NCBI GenBank assembly: GCA_965603595.1
Contig: CBFDDP010000002.1
Coordinates: forward strand, 847 to 64,846
DNA length: 64,000 nucleotides
Direction: 5' to 3'
Origin: an uncultured bacterium
Lineage (GTDB): Bacteria; Spirochaetota; B62-G9; DRHN01
Each line of letters begins with the position of its first letter. Position 1 is the first letter of the stretch. The notes beneath the pieces are model-generated. The model made no database searches. It was not told where the DNA came from and saw only the letters and a list, made by a program, of their open reading frames with translations. This document shows, piece by piece, positions 18,828-29,105 of the stretch. A program made the position numbers and the translations under genes.

Positions 18828-20274
18828 AAGAACCGGTGATCTTGCATATGCCTTCGATTTCCTTGAAGAATTGTACCATGATGCTAGAGTCCTTGGTCCC
18901 GGGTTCGGATTCAAGCCTGCTCGAGGCGTCGATGAGTTCCGGCTCAAAGGAGCTGATAATCTCTGCAACGTTATCGGGTCCGATGCCCCCTGCCAGCCAA
19001 AGAGGGTGCAGCCTGCGGACAGACTCGATGAGTTTTGTCGATATCCTCTGCCCTGTGCCCCCGGGTTTTCCGGGAACGAAGGCATCGACCAGGACCCGGG
19101 GGCAGTGGAAGGAGTCGATACGCTCCACATCCTCATCTCCCCCGATCCGCAGGGCCTTGTAATAGGGAAAGGCCGCCCTGTAGCAGTTGTCCGGGTGCTC
19201 ATCACCATGAAACTGCAGGGCATCTATGCATCCTTCCGACAGAAGCCTGTTCACGGCGCTATCGATCGACCGGTCCTCTTCCCCATGCACCACGACTGCC
19301 ACCTTGAGCTGTTTGAGGTCGGTGATTCTTTCGGGAAGTCCGGGATCCGCACATCTGGGTGAATCGGCAAATATGAAACCAAGTACATGGGCACCCAGTT
19401 CCGCGGCGAGCCGGGCATCCCGTTCCCTGGTGATTCCGCATATCTTCACCAGCGGCTTTCCTTCAGCCATGGAGGAGAAGAGGCGGTACCAGAAATCTCC
19501 AATGCCTTCCCGCTCGAGGGCGGTTATCCGTCCGATGAGGTCTGTATCCCTCATCGCACCTTCGCCGATGAGCATTCCTGTAAAACCGCCGGACAGGGCA
19601 ACTGCCGCATCCTCGGTGGAGCGTATACCTGATTCAAAAACCGTACGGGTACTCCAGTCTATGGATTTTTTAAGGGCAAGAGGGACTGCCGGATCAATAC
19701 GAAAGGTCGCTAAGTTCCTGCTGTTTATTCCCGTTATATCAGGCTGCACCAAAGCTGCCTTACTGAGGTCCTCGCGGTCGTGTACTTCAAGGAGAACCTC
19801 GAGACCGAGGCTCTTTGCCCTGCGATACAGTCTGCCCAGTGTGCCTGCGTCATGCATGGAGGCAATGAGGAGTATTGCATCTGCCCCTGCCCTGTAGGAA
19901 ACCGTGATATCATCCTCATCGAGAATGAAATCCTTCCGCATGACGCAGAGGTCAGGGAAGGAGTTCTTGATCCTGAACAGGTCCTCCAGTGAACCGTGAA
20001 AATATGTCTCCTCGGTGAGGACTGAGAGGGTTTTAATTCCCCTCTTGGCGTAGTGTCCGGCCTGGCGGACTGCATCAGCTTCCACTGCAAAGATCCCGCG
20101 AGACGGTGAGCCCCGCTTGACTTCACTGGCAATGAAAAAATCCCTGCCCGGCTGCAGTCTTCCGAAGGGAACAAGGGGTACGGTTCTGCGTCGAGGAAGG
20201 CTGCGCCCCATACTGGGGCCCAGGCGAGCGATACTCCTCTTTCTCGCCTCGACGATTTCATCGATGATACTCAT
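18805..20274 (-). CDS. trpC: Bifunctional indole-3-glycerol-phosphate synthase / phosphoribosylanthranilate isomerase (fused TrpC-TrpF).
   Basis: An N-terminal IGPS pattern followed by a PRAI domain starting near [11 protein letters not shown]. 489 aa. Overlaps trpB by 23 nt. Confidence 0.85.
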   Translation of the reverse strand: MSIIDEIVEARKRSIARLGPSMGRSLPRRRTVPLVPFGRLQPGRDFFIASEVKRGSPSRGIFAVEADAVRQAGHYAKRGIKTLSVLTEETYFHGSLEDLFRIKNSFPDLCVMRKDFILDEDDITVSYRAGADAILLIASMHDAGTLGRLYRRAKSLGLEVLLEVHDREDLSKAALVQPDITGINSRNLATFRIDPAVPLALKKSIDWSTRTVFESGIRSTEDAAVALSGGFTGMLIGEGAMRDTDLIGRITALEREGIGDFWYRLFSSMAEGKPLVKICGITRERDARLAAELGAHVLGFIFADSPRCADPGLPERITDLKQLKVAVVVHGEEDRSIDSAVNRLLSEGCIDALQFHGDEHPDNCYRAAFPYYKALRIGGDEDVERIDSFHCPRVLVDAFVPGKPGGTGQRISTKLIESVRRLHPLWLAGGIGPDNVAEIISSFEPELIDASSRLESEPGTKDSSIMVQFFKEIEGICKITGSYGMDTDT

Positions 20275-21887
20275 GCGCCTACCCCCCTCTCCCGTAGTGT
20301 GAGCCCGACCTTTCTGATCTCATCCAGTTTCTCCGCAGTCCTTCCCGATTCCAGAGCCTCAAGGGCAGCCCTGTACCCCTCTGCAATCCCCAAAGCCTTG
20401 CCGGCAACGTAGAGGGCTGCACCTGCATTGAGAGCCACTGATTCTCTCAGGGTGTGATTTCCGCCTCCTCCCAGCAGCTCCAGGGCAATGTCGGCGTTGT
20501 CTTCCGGTGTACCGCCCATGAGATCATCCATGGAACATTCTTTAATACCCAGCTCTTCTGGACGGAGGAGATACTCGACAGCCCCATTCCCACTTCCGGT
20601 TTCCACAACGGTTGTGGGTGCGCACACCGAGATCTCGTCGAGACCGTCGTGGCTATGTACAGCCATGACTTTTTTCCTTCCAAGCATATGGGAAGCCTGT
20701 GCCATGGGTGTACAGAGGTTCCCGCTGTAGACGCCGAGAAGCTGGAAGTCAACGTCAGCAGGATTGATGAGTGGTCCGAGAAGGTTCATCACCGTTTGAA
20801 TACCGAGCTCTCTTCGAACAACTGCAACGTGCTTCATCGAACGGTGATAGAGAGGGGCAAAGAAGAAGGCGAATCCCGTTTGCTGCAGGAGCTTCTCTGC
20901 TTCATCGGGCTGCAGATCGATCGGGATACCGAGCCGCTCATAGAAATCGGCACTCCCGGAACGGGAACTGACGCTTCTGTTCCCATGCTTGGCGACCCGT
21001 ACACCGCAGGATGTGGCAATAAGCGCAGCCATGGATGATATATTGAAGGTCCCGGAATGGTCTCCTCCTGTACCACAGGTATCGATGCAGGGTTCCGTGC
21101 TGTGCACCGACAATTTCTTTCGGTTCAGGACAGAGGCAAGTCCGTAGAGCTCTTCTGCCGTAACCTGCCTCGTGTTCATGGCTGTAAGAAAGGAGGCGGT
21201 TTGCGCTTCGGTGAGTTCTCCGTTTGTCATCTCCTCCATAATCGATGCGGCCTGCTCCCCGGAGAGTTCTTCACCTGAAAGTATGTGTGTTATGATGTCG
21301 GGTATATTGAAAGGTTCCCGAATGTAGTGGATGAAATTTTGCAGGATCTTCTTGCCGTATTCCGACGCGATGGATTCGGGGTGAAACTGAACACCCTCCA
21401 CGACGTGTTCCCGGTGCCGAATACCCATGATTTCCCCGTCTTTTGTGAAAGCGGTTATCTCCAGCTCAGGCGGAAGGGTCTCGCGATACACGGCCAGAGA
21501 ATGATAGCGTGTCAGCCTGACGGGTGAGGGTATGTTTCTGAAGAGACCTTTGCCGTCATGGACGATGTCATCGGTTTTACCGTGCACGATGCTGTTGGCC
21601 CGCTTTATGGAGCCACCGAAGGCGTACCCGATGGCCTGATGGCCAAGACAGACTCCCAGTATCGGTATCCTGCCTGTGAAGTGGGTGATCACTTCAACCG
21701 ATATTCCAGCCTCATCGGGTCTTCCAGGACCGGGTGATATGAGTATGGCTTCCGGACACAGGTCTTCGATGCGGGGGATATCGATACGGTCATTCCTGAA
21801 CACCTGTACCTCGCCGTCGTAGAGCTGCGTTATGTACTGATAGAGGTTGTAGGTAAAAGAGTCATAGTTGTCGATGATGAGAATCAT
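20271..21887 (-). CDS. trpD: Bifunctional anthranilate synthase component II (glutamine amidotransferase) / anthranilate phosphoribosyltransferase (fused TrpG-TrpD).
   Basis: N-terminal class-I GATase ([15 protein letters not shown]...GVCLGHQ) followed by the TrpD motifs DTCGTGGD and KHGNRSVSS. 538 aa. Confidence 0.85.
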   Translation of the reverse strand: MILIIDNYDSFTYNLYQYITQLYDGEVQVFRNDRIDIPRIEDLCPEAILISPGPGRPDEAGISVEVITHFTGRIPILGVCLGHQAIGYAFGGSIKRANSIVHGKTDDIVHDGKGLFRNIPSPVRLTRYHSLAVYRETLPPELEITAFTKDGEIMGIRHREHVVEGVQFHPESIASEYGKKILQNFIHYIREPFNIPDIITHILSGEELSGEQAASIMEEMTNGELTEAQTASFLTAMNTRQVTAEELYGLASVLNRKKLSVHSTEPCIDTCGTGGDHSGTFNISSMAALIATSCGVRVAKHGNRSVSSRSGSADFYERLGIPIDLQPDEAEKLLQQTGFAFFFAPLYHRSMKHVAVVRRELGIQTVMNLLGPLINPADVDFQLLGVYSGNLCTPMAQASHMLGRKKVMAVHSHDGLDEISVCAPTTVVETGSGNGAVEYLLRPEELGIKECSMDDLMGGTPEDNADIALELLGGGGNHTLRESVALNAGAALYVAGKALGIAEGYRAALEALESGRTAEKLDEIRKVGLTLRERGVGA

Positions 21888-21889
21888 GA

Positions 21890-23389
21890 TTACACCTCCA
21901 TTCCCAGTGATTTACCGAGGGCACGTAATTTTTCAGATGTTTCCTCGAGCTCCCGTTCCGGGACAGAATCCCACACAATGCCTGCTCCCGCCTGCAGAAT
22001 AAGCAAATCATCCTTGCGCAATGCGCTCCGGATGGTGATACAGGTGTCAAGGGAACCATCGGGTTCGATATACCCCACTAGACCGGCATAGAAGCTGCGG
22101 GCGCACTCTTCGAGTGAGTCAACGATTTCCATGGCTCGTATTTTCGGTGCCCCGGATACCGTCCCTGCGGGGAAGGTTTTTCGTATTGCCTCGATTCCCC
22201 TCCTGTCCGGCCTGAGCTCACCCTCAACCTGCGATACAATATGCATCACATGTGAGTAATGCTCTACTGCATTGAATTCCGTAACCTCCACGGTACCGGG
22301 AACGCACACGCGGCCCAGGTCATTGCGTGCGAGGTCTACGAGCATCAAATGTTCGGCCCGCTCCTTTTCATCGGAAAGAAGTTCTTTCTCCAGTGCCAGG
22401 TCCTCTTCCCGGGTTTCACCTCTCCGGCGCGTGCCGGCGATGGGTCGGGTGATGACGCGATTCCCCTCGACTTTGACGTGCATCTCAGGGGAAGAGCCGA
22501 AGAGCTGAAATGAGCCGAAATCAAGGAAAAACATGTAGGGTGAGGGGTTGAGAGAGCGAAGCCGCCTATAGGCTTCGAGGCCCGGCATCTCGGTTTGAAG
22601 AATGACCCGTCTCGACAGCACACCCTGCAGTATGTTCCCCTTCTTTATTTCCCGACGTATCCTGATAACCCCGTCTGTAAATCGATCCTTTTCTGAATCG
22701 GGACTCAACATGATACACCCATACTCTCTCTGAGAGGGGCTCAGATAATTAAAGTCCAGATCGTGTATGCGTTCTTCGGTCTCGTCAACCGCGCGTTCAA
22801 GGTTTATTTCGAAACCGTCATAGTTCAGGGCCACGATGGAGATAGTGTCAGTGTAGTGATCAAAGATAAGAAACAGGTTGCCGCACATGAATGCCGCCTC
22901 TGGCAAACCCAGGCTGTCGATCTTCGACTTCAGACGTACATCATCGAAATGGCGCGCAAACTCATAGCTAAGATAGCCGATTCCGCCTGCGGGGAAGGGA
23001 AAACTGCGGTGTTCCTCTCTATGCTGGTCTGCCAGGGACTGAAGAACATCAAGGATGTCTCCTGACGGAGAGTGGGCTCCTGACGGTGCGTGAGTACCTG
23101 ATGCAAAATTGGCTCCCGACCATGTACGGGCCCCTGTCGAGGAGTGCTCTGTACCCTGTGGCAGGGGAAACACCTCGCCGTCACGGACAAGGGTTATGGA
23201 CCCGCCATCTTGCTGAACCTTAAATGCTTCCTTCACCAGAATGAGTGAGAACCGTGCCTTGCCCCTGGCAAAGGAAGCTGATTCGAGTAGTGCCCGTCCG
23301 TCCAGCTTTCTATACAGCGAATAGGGGGTGAATTTTTCCCCTGAAATGACCCTGACCATGCTGTTTTTTATCTTTCTCTCAGTTCGCAT
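21890..23389 (-). CDS. trpE: Anthranilate synthase component I.
   Basis: Chorismate-binding-enzyme pattern (LESA, GYLSYE, RGxYAGxVGY). An AGGAGG RBS lies 7 nt upstream of the ATG. Preceded by the attenuator. Confidence 0.9.
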   Translation of the reverse strand: MRTERKIKNSMVRVISGEKFTPYSLYRKLDGRALLESASFARGKARFSLILVKEAFKVQQDGGSITLVRDGEVFPLPQGTEHSSTGARTWSGANFASGTHAPSGAHSPSGDILDVLQSLADQHREEHRSFPFPAGGIGYLSYEFARHFDDVRLKSKIDSLGLPEAAFMCGNLFLIFDHYTDTISIVALNYDGFEINLERAVDETEERIHDLDFNYLSPSQREYGCIMLSPDSEKDRFTDGVIRIRREIKKGNILQGVLSRRVILQTEMPGLEAYRRLRSLNPSPYMFFLDFGSFQLFGSSPEMHVKVEGNRVITRPIAGTRRRGETREEDLALEKELLSDEKERAEHLMLVDLARNDLGRVCVPGTVEVTEFNAVEHYSHVMHIVSQVEGELRPDRRGIEAIRKTFPAGTVSGAPKIRAMEIVDSLEECARSFYAGLVGYIEPDGSLDTCITIRSALRKDDLLILQAGAGIVWDSVPERELEETSEKLRALGKSLGMEV

Positions 23390-23418
23390 GAGCTTTTCCT
23401 CCTGAAGAATATTCCCTC

Positions 23419-23458
23419 AATAGAAAAAGGCCGTAAAACCGAAATCGGTCTTACGGCC
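23419..23458 (-). terminator. Attenuator terminator of the trp operon on the minus strand.
   Basis: Minus-strand transcript GGCCGUAAGACCGA, UUUC, GGUUUUACGGCC, then UUUUUCUAUU, about 30 nt upstream of trpE. Confidence 0.6.
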
Positions 23459-23468
23459 TGTACGAAAC

Positions 23469-23510
23469 AGGCCGCAGAACCTGGCTTGTCTGAGCCAGAA
23501 CCTGCGGCCT
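23469..23510 (-). promoter_or_regulatory. Attenuator upstream hairpin (9-bp AGGCCGCAG/CUGCGGCCU outer stem with a nested CUGGCU/AGCCAG stem). Its 3' arm can alternatively pair with the terminator's 5' arm as an antiterminator.
   Basis: Perfect inverted repeats read directly. CGGCCU (3' arm) is complementary to AGGCCG at the start of the terminator stem. Confidence 0.5.
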
Positions 23511-23534
23511 ATCAGGTGAACGCACTGGTTCCGG

Positions 23535-23612
23535 CTAGTGCCAGAACCACCACCGGTTGTTATTGTTCGATGTAATCACTGTATCGAAACCCTGCATTTT
23601 TTTCTCACTCAT
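23535..23612 (-). CDS. trpL: Trp operon leader peptide of 25 aa, MSEKKMQGFDTVITSNNNNRWWFWH, with 3 Trp codons in the last five positions.
   Basis: Reverse complement of 23535-23612 reads ATG ... CGG TGG TGG TTC TGG CAC TAG. It sits between a TTGACA promoter and the attenuator hairpins. Confidence 0.55.
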   Translation of the reverse strand: MSEKKMQGFDTVITSNNNNRWWFWH

Positions 23613-23635
23613 TTCTACTCTGTAGAAGTTGACCT

Positions 23636-23663
23636 AGGATACCCTATGCTCATGAAATGTCAA
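23636..23663 (-). promoter_or_regulatory. Putative sigma70 promoter of the trp operon (minus strand): TTGACA -35 at 23663-23658, 16-nt spacer, TATCCT -10 at 23641-23636.
   Basis: Reverse complement of 23636-23663 reads TTGACATTTCATGAGCATAGGGTATCCT. Confidence 0.35.
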
Positions 23664-23673
23664 GAGAAATCGG

Positions 23674-24285
23674 TCACATGCGTACAAAATCGTTGTGCCG
23701 CTTCTCCTCTCCAATGGTGGTGTGCTCACCATGTCCGGTATACACCCTGGTGTCATCGGGTAGCACGTAGAGTCTCTGAAGTATACTGACCCGCAGATCT
23801 TCCGCTGAACCTGTGGGAAGGTCCGTCCTTCCCACAGAGTGGTAGAAGAGGGTGTCGCCTGCAAAGAGCATATCCCTGATCCTTATACAGATACTTCCCA
23901 CCGTATGGCCCGGTGTGTGTATGACCTCAAGATCGGTTCCGTCAAAGGGGAGCCTGTCCCCATCTTCGAGAAGCTTATCTGGTGCTACGGAGATATAGGG
24001 AGAGTCAACCATGATAGAGAGGTTCAGCCCCGGATTCAAAAGCATTGTATAATCATACTTGCTGACAACCAGTGTGGTGTCGTAGCGGGCTTTCAGTGCG
24101 TTGTTGCATCCGATATGGTCGTAATGCCCGTGCGTATCAATTATATAGAGGAGTTTTCGCTTGCCTATTTCCGGGTAAATGAGTTCGGGGTTCCCTCCGG
24201 GATCGATTACAACTGCCTCCTGTTCATTTCTCAGGATATAGCAATTTGATGACATGATGCCCAACACTTTTGGTATCAGCTGCAT
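23674..24285 (-). CDS. MBL-fold metallo-hydrolase (hydroxyacylglutathione hydrolase-like).
   Basis: HxHxDH motif IDTHGHYDHIG and downstream His/Asp ligands. 203 aa. Confidence 0.75.
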   Translation of the reverse strand: MQLIPKVLGIMSSNCYILRNEQEAVVIDPGGNPELIYPEIGKRKLLYIIDTHGHYDHIGCNNALKARYDTTLVVSKYDYTMLLNPGLNLSIMVDSPYISVAPDKLLEDGDRLPFDGTDLEVIHTPGHTVGSICIRIRDMLFAGDTLFYHSVGRTDLPTGSAEDLRVSILQRLYVLPDDTRVYTGHGEHTTIGEEKRHNDFVRM

Positions 24286-24294
24286 ACACCTATC

Positions 24295-24750
24295 CTAGAG
24301 TGGATTAAGCTCTCTGGAGTTCACGATGATGGTAACAGGCCCGTCGCCCTTGAGGCTGACTTCCATCTTTGCTCCGAAACACCCTTCCTGCACCCGAATA
24401 TCGTAGCGACGAAACTCCTCGATGGCCATTCGGTAGAGTGGTTCTGCAATCGCTGGCGGAGCGGCACGGGTGAAGGATGGCCGCCTCCCCTTTTTTGTAT
24501 CCGCAAGCAGGGTAAACTGCGACACGATGAGTATTTCGCCGCCTGTATCGATGAGAGAACGGTTGAGATTTCCCTGTGGATCACTGAAAATGCGAAGATA
24601 TACGGTTTTCCGGGTAATATATTCGATGTCTGCCTGACTGTCATCGTGACCAATGCCGAGTAAGAGGAGAATTCCTGGCCCGATTTCAGAGATGGCCTCT
24701 CCCTCTACCGCCACCTTCGCGCTGCATACCCTCTGAATCAATGCAATCAT
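24295..24750 (-). CDS. dtd: D-aminoacyl-tRNA deacylase.
   Basis: MIALIQRV...SQFTLLADTKKGRRPSF matches the Dtd signature (SQFTL, GxRP). 151 aa. Confidence 0.9.
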   Translation of the reverse strand: MIALIQRVCSAKVAVEGEAISEIGPGILLLLGIGHDDSQADIEYITRKTVYLRIFSDPQGNLNRSLIDTGGEILIVSQFTLLADTKKGRRPSFTRAAPPAIAEPLYRMAIEEFRRYDIRVQEGCFGAKMEVSLKGDGPVTIIVNSRELNPL

Positions 24751-24788
24751 GTTTTCGTCTCGGGTTTGCCCCGATTATGCGGCGGGTA

Positions 24789-26876
24789 TTACTTCTCCTT
24801 GGCTTCCTCTTCCTTCCTTCGCTGCGTCTCAGTCACGACGTCTTCGGCAATCTTCCCGCTTATGGGATCGTAGTGGGAGAACTCCATCTCAAAGGATCCC
24901 GTACCCGAAGTAATTGACCTGAGTTCAATGGAGTATTTGAGCAGTTCTGATTGGGGAACCTTGGCCCGGATCTTCTGAATTCCGCCGACGAGATTATCCA
25001 TGCCGAGCACTCTTCCCCTTTTCGAGTTCAGATCACTCATGATATCACCCGTATACTGATCACTTACATAGACGCTGAGATTCATGACCGGTTCGAGCAG
25101 GGTGGGTTTTGACTGCTCCATGGCCAGCTTGAAGGCCTGCCTTCCCGCGATCTTGAAGGAGAGCTCGGAAGAGTCGACATCATGGTAGGAGCCGAAGACA
25201 AGGCTTACCCTGACATCGACGACGGGGTATCCAGCAACTACGCCTTCCTCCATGGCTCCAGCGATACCCTTTTCCACGCCGGGAATATACCCTTTCGGTA
25301 TGACTCCGCCCACGATCTTGTCGACAAACTCGAAACCAACGCTTCGATCAAGCGGTTCGATTTCAAGGTGCACTTCACCGTACTGTCCATGTCCACCCGA
25401 CTGCTTCTTGTGCTTGTAGTTTGCCTTGCCGGCTGCCTGAATGGTCTCGCGATAGGCCACGAGAGGCGTGGATGTTATGAATTCGATACCATGTTTTTCC
25501 TTGATGCGGGAGAGGATGATGTTGAACTGCAGTTCACCCATGCCCGATATGACGGTCTGCTTGGTCTCCTTGTTGTAATCCACATGGAAGGATACGTCCT
25601 CTTCGGTAGCCCGCTGTATGAGCATGTTGAGCTTGTCTTCCTCTTTCTTGTTCTTCGCCTTGATTGCCACACTGTGCACGGGGCTGGGAAGCTTGAAATC
25701 TGGAAAGCTCACCTCCCTGTCGGGAGAGCAGAGCGTATGGCCTGTTTCCGCATAGGGCAGCTTGGTGAGCACAACAATGTCGCCTTCTGAAGCGTCCCCC
25801 TTCAGGGGGATCTGGTTTCTGCCAAAGGGCAGGGCAAGCTTGGAGAGCTTCTCCTTTCTTCCCAGCGTGGCATTGTAGACTTCTTCATCTGAGTGCAGTA
25901 CGCCGGAAAAGATCCTGAGGAACGATATCTTTCCCGCAAATTGATCGATTATGGTTTTAAATACCACTCCGGAGAATTCGGAGTCACTGCTACGGAGGAT
26001 TTCCACTTCCTTGCTGTGGTCGTTTGCGTCCACAGCTGGCATTTTTTTCCGGTAATCCGAGGGAGGTGCTAGAAGCGTTATCATATCGAGGGCATCTGAG
26101 ATCCCGCGGTTCATGGAACTGGACCCGCACAGTACGGGAACCGAATCTCCCTGCATCACCATCTCGCGTAAGCCCTGCATGATTTCATCTTCCGTGAGGG
26201 TCTCACCTTCAAGGTACTTTTCGGTAAGCTCGTCCGTTGATTCTGCTGCGGTTTCGATCAGTTCGTTCTTCAGGTTCTCGGCCTCATCCTTCAGATCATC
26301 AGGGATATCTCCCTCCTTTCCCTCTTTCTGATCGCCGTCGTACAGAAGGGCCTTCATCCTGATGAGGTCCACGACACCCTTGAATCCTGCCTCCTGTCCA
26401 ACAGGAATTTGCACGGGAAAGAGTTTTACCCCCAGGTTCTTTCGTATGTTTTCGAGTACCGAGTTGAAATCTGCCCTCTCCTTGTCCATCTTGTTGATGA
26501 ATATGATGACAGGCTTTTCCATATCCTTTGCCCGGGCCCAGAGCTTCGAGGTCTCTATCTCAACGCCGTTTACCGCATCAATAATGAGGAGGATCGAATC
26601 AACGCCGTAGAGGGAGGAGACGATCTCGCCGGAAAAGTCGGGGGAACCCGGCGTGTCGACGATGTTTACACGGTAGTCATTATGATCAACCGAAAAGACG
26701 GCTGATTTTATCGAGATCTTCCGTTTGATCTCCTCCTCGTCATAGTCGCTCTGGGATTTACCATCGTCAACTTTTCCGAGCGTGTCAATCGCGCCTAGAT
26801 CCCACAGCAGAGTGTCCACAAAGGATGTTTTTCCCACCGATGTGTGTCCGGTAAGCGCGATATTGATCTTCTTCAT
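24789..26876 (-). CDS. fusA: Elongation factor G family GTPase (EF-G paralogue, not in a str-operon context).
   Basis: G1 GHTSVGKTS, DTPGSPDF, NKMD, and EF-G domains II-V. 695 aa. Co-directional with dtd and the MBL hydrolase. Confidence 0.8.
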   Translation of the reverse strand: MKKINIALTGHTSVGKTSFVDTLLWDLGAIDTLGKVDDGKSQSDYDEEEIKRKISIKSAVFSVDHNDYRVNIVDTPGSPDFSGEIVSSLYGVDSILLIIDAVNGVEIETSKLWARAKDMEKPVIIFINKMDKERADFNSVLENIRKNLGVKLFPVQIPVGQEAGFKGVVDLIRMKALLYDGDQKEGKEGDIPDDLKDEAENLKNELIETAAESTDELTEKYLEGETLTEDEIMQGLREMVMQGDSVPVLCGSSSMNRGISDALDMITLLAPPSDYRKKMPAVDANDHSKEVEILRSSDSEFSGVVFKTIIDQFAGKISFLRIFSGVLHSDEEVYNATLGRKEKLSKLALPFGRNQIPLKGDASEGDIVVLTKLPYAETGHTLCSPDREVSFPDFKLPSPVHSVAIKAKNKKEEDKLNMLIQRATEEDVSFHVDYNKETKQTVISGMGELQFNIILSRIKEKHGIEFITSTPLVAYRETIQAAGKANYKHKKQSGGHGQYGEVHLEIEPLDRSVGFEFVDKIVGGVIPKGYIPGVEKGIAGAMEEGVVAGYPVVDVRVSLVFGSYHDVDSSELSFKIAGRQAFKLAMEQSKPTLLEPVMNLSVYVSDQYTGDIMSDLNSKRGRVLGMDNLVGGIQKIRAKVPQSELLKYSIELRSITSGTGSFEMEFSHYDPISGKIAEDVVTETQRRKEEEAKEK

Positions 26877-27050
26877 CCTGTCCTCCAGGTCCAGACTTCC
26901 CGCATGCTATTTAGGGTACGCTCACTATACTCATGCGGAAGGGCATGCGTCAAGATTTTTGTAAATAAGCGATCTTGCAGGCTCTTCCCGTCCCAATCTA
27001 TTGCATTTTGAAGGGTAGAGTGTTATGTTTAACTGTAGTTAATAAGGAGA

Positions 27051-27079
27051 ATAAAAGATAAGAAAAGATATCGCTACGC
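27051..27079. repeat. Direct repeat copy 1 (ATAAAAGATAAGAAAAGATATCGCTACGC).
   Basis: The near-identical core AAAAGATATCGCTACGC recurs at 27171-27200. It is followed by a run of GC-rich GCGCT/GCTAGC palindromic motifs at 27080-27105. Confidence 0.5.
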
Positions 27080-27163
27080 GAGCGCTTCGCTAGCGCTACG
27101 CTAGGTTGAGTTTTCAAACTTGTCAAAAAAAAGAATCAAATTTGACTCAAATGTGCATTGTGT

Positions 27164-27214
27164 TGGCGAACAAAAAGATAATAAAAGATATCGCTACGCT
27201 AGCTTTTTGTTCGC
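27164..27214. repeat. Direct repeat copy 2, enclosed by a perfect 13-bp inverted repeat GGCGAACAAAAAG / CTTTTTGTTCGCC.
   Basis: 27164-27176 and 27202-27214 are exact reverse complements. The loop carries AAAAGATATCGCTACGC. Confidence 0.5.
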
Positions 27215-27240
27215 CCTAATACTCGCGGAGATTCTGCCTG

Positions 27241-29091
27241 ATGAAACTATACCCCGCCCTGCTGCTGGCCGCGCTGGCGTTCGTCTCCTGCGTTTCCTAC
27301 TCCGTACAGGAAAACTCTACCGTTCAGAATGTGGACTCCAAAATACTCGAGGAGTTTGAAGAGCACCGGGAAAATGGTGATTTTTACGGAGCCGCACGGA
27401 GTTATATCGAATTCATGATTTGCTGCCAGGATGAACGTGCCGATGAGCTGCGCGATGAACTCTCCTCACTGTACGGGGAAAAGGTGAAACAGTTCAAGAG
27501 TGAGGGAAATAATCTCGCTCTTATCGAACACACCTACTCCTACATAAACCTTCTGGACGACCACCTCTCCGACGATGATCGATCAACCCTGGAAGGCGAT
27601 ATTGCAACCTATATCGGGCTGTATATCGAGGCTGACCTGAAGGGCAAGGGCGGGCTCGAACAGGCGTCCTGGCTCACGTATCTCGACAGGTTTGCCGTGG
27701 CAGAGGGAGCCGTACACATCAGGTCGTCCCTCGTCGATCTATTTCTGCAGAGAAACAATCCGGTTCTCTCGAAGAAATATCTCGATCTTCTGTCTGCCAG
27801 TGTGGAACAGTCAGGCCAGAACGCAGAGGCGGCCTCAGGGGAGTTTGACACCCTTGCCGACCGGGTTGCAGAGTTGCAATCGAGAAGCAGTGATATCTCG
27901 GAAGTGGCGATCGAGAATGCGGTGAAGAGCAGTGTTAAGATAATCGTTGATCGCGGTATAAAGACTGAAGGTGGTGTGGGAGTACGCGATCAGGCACTTG
28001 GAACAGGTATCGTAATAGATTCGCGGGGCTACATACTGACCAACCATCACATTATTGAGTCAGACGTTGATCCAACCTATGAGGGATACTCAAGAGTGTA
28101 CGTGATTCCAGGCAAGGACGAGAATATCCGCTTTGTGGCCAGGGTCGTCGGATACGATGAGGTGTTCGATCTTGCCCTTCTCAAAGTTGAGAAGCAGCTC
28201 GAATCGCGCATCATGATAGGCGATTCGGACACCCTGAGACAGGGGGAGAAGGTCGTTGCAATCGGGAATCCTGTCGGATTGACGAATACCGTGACATCCG
28301 GGATTGTCAGCTCAACCGATAGGCCCTACCTTCAGATCGGAGGCGTCATACAGATCGATGCTGCGCTCAACCCCGGTAATTCGGGTGGAGCGCTTATTGA
28401 CAATGACGGGTATCTGGTGGGTATCGCATTTGCGGGACTTGCAAGCTTCGAAAATCTTAACTTTGCCATTCCCTCCAAGCACATGCTCTCTATTTTGGGG
28501 CGGCTCTACGCAGGGGACAGGACAGGGCGCAGCTGGATTGGATGTTCACTCGATGAGGGTGAGGAGGGGCTGACCATTGCGTATATCGTACCCAACAGCC
28601 CTGCTGAAGTATCGGGACTGGAGATCGGAGATATCATCCTTTCAGTGAACGGCAAACAGGTGTCGACACTATTTGAGGTTCAGGATGCTTTCTCCAACCT
28701 CAACAGTCCAATGATCGGTATCATGGAAATCCAGCGGGACGGTGAGAGGATTGACAGAAAGCTATATCTTATCGAGCGGCCCGTCTACCCCGCCCTCTAC
28801 ATATATGAACGGGATGCAAGGGAAAAAATCATTACCCCTCTCTATGGCATGGTGCTTTCCCAGATCGAGCAGGAGCGCAAGAAGGTATATGTGGTTTCGA
28901 AAATCCTGAGCGGTTCCGTTGCGATCAGCGTTGGCATTGCGGAAGGTGATGTGCTTAAAATCAGGGACCTGAAATATGACGAAGAAGGCAAGGTATTCTA
29001 TCTGATCGTCGAATTGAAATCAAAACGTTTCGGAAACATCAATAAGGGTATGGTTCTGTACCGATATATCGAGGTAAACGCTTTTATATAA
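27241..29091 (+). CDS. Lipoprotein with a trypsin-like (S1C / HtrA-like) serine protease domain and a PDZ domain.
   Basis: Signal peptide with lipobox (LAFVSC). Catalytic His in TNHHII and Ser in GNSGGAL. PDZ-like region (GLEIGDIILSVNG). Confidence 0.8.
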   Translation: MKLYPALLLAALAFVSCVSYSVQENSTVQNVDSKILEEFEEHRENGDFYGAARSYIEFMICCQDERADELRDELSSLYGEKVKQFKSEGNNLALIEHTYSYINLLDDHLSDDDRSTLEGDIATYIGLYIEADLKGKGGLEQASWLTYLDRFAVAEGAVHIRSSLVDLFLQRNNPVLSKKYLDLLSASVEQSGQNAEAASGEFDTLADRVAELQSRSSDISEVAIENAVKSSVKIIVDRGIKTEGGVGVRDQALGTGIVIDSRGYILTNHHIIESDVDPTYEGYSRVYVIPGKDENIRFVARVVGYDEVFDLALLKVEKQLESRIMIGDSDTLRQGEKVVAIGNPVGLTNTVTSGIVSSTDRPYLQIGGVIQIDAALNPGNSGGALIDNDGYLVGIAFAGLASFENLNFAIPSKHMLSILGRLYAGDRTGRSWIGCSLDEGEEGLTIAYIVPNSPAEVSGLEIGDIILSVNGKQVSTLFEVQDAFSNLNSPMIGIMEIQRDGERIDRKLYLIERPVYPALYIYERDAREKIITPLYGMVLSQIEQERKKVYVVSKILSGSVAISVGIAEGDVLKIRDLKYDEEGKVFYLIVELKSKRFGNINKGMVLYRYIEVNAFI

Positions 29092-29105
29092 GTTGAGGAT
29101 TGTCA

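Noticed and set aside
16814-19223. The listed 419-aa trpA and 557-aa trpB ORFs with long N-terminal extensions.
   Set aside because: The extensions are in-frame read-throughs into the upstream gene (Pro/Ser/Arg-rich, no homology). Conserved N-termini and overlap geometry place the true starts at 17570 and 18827.
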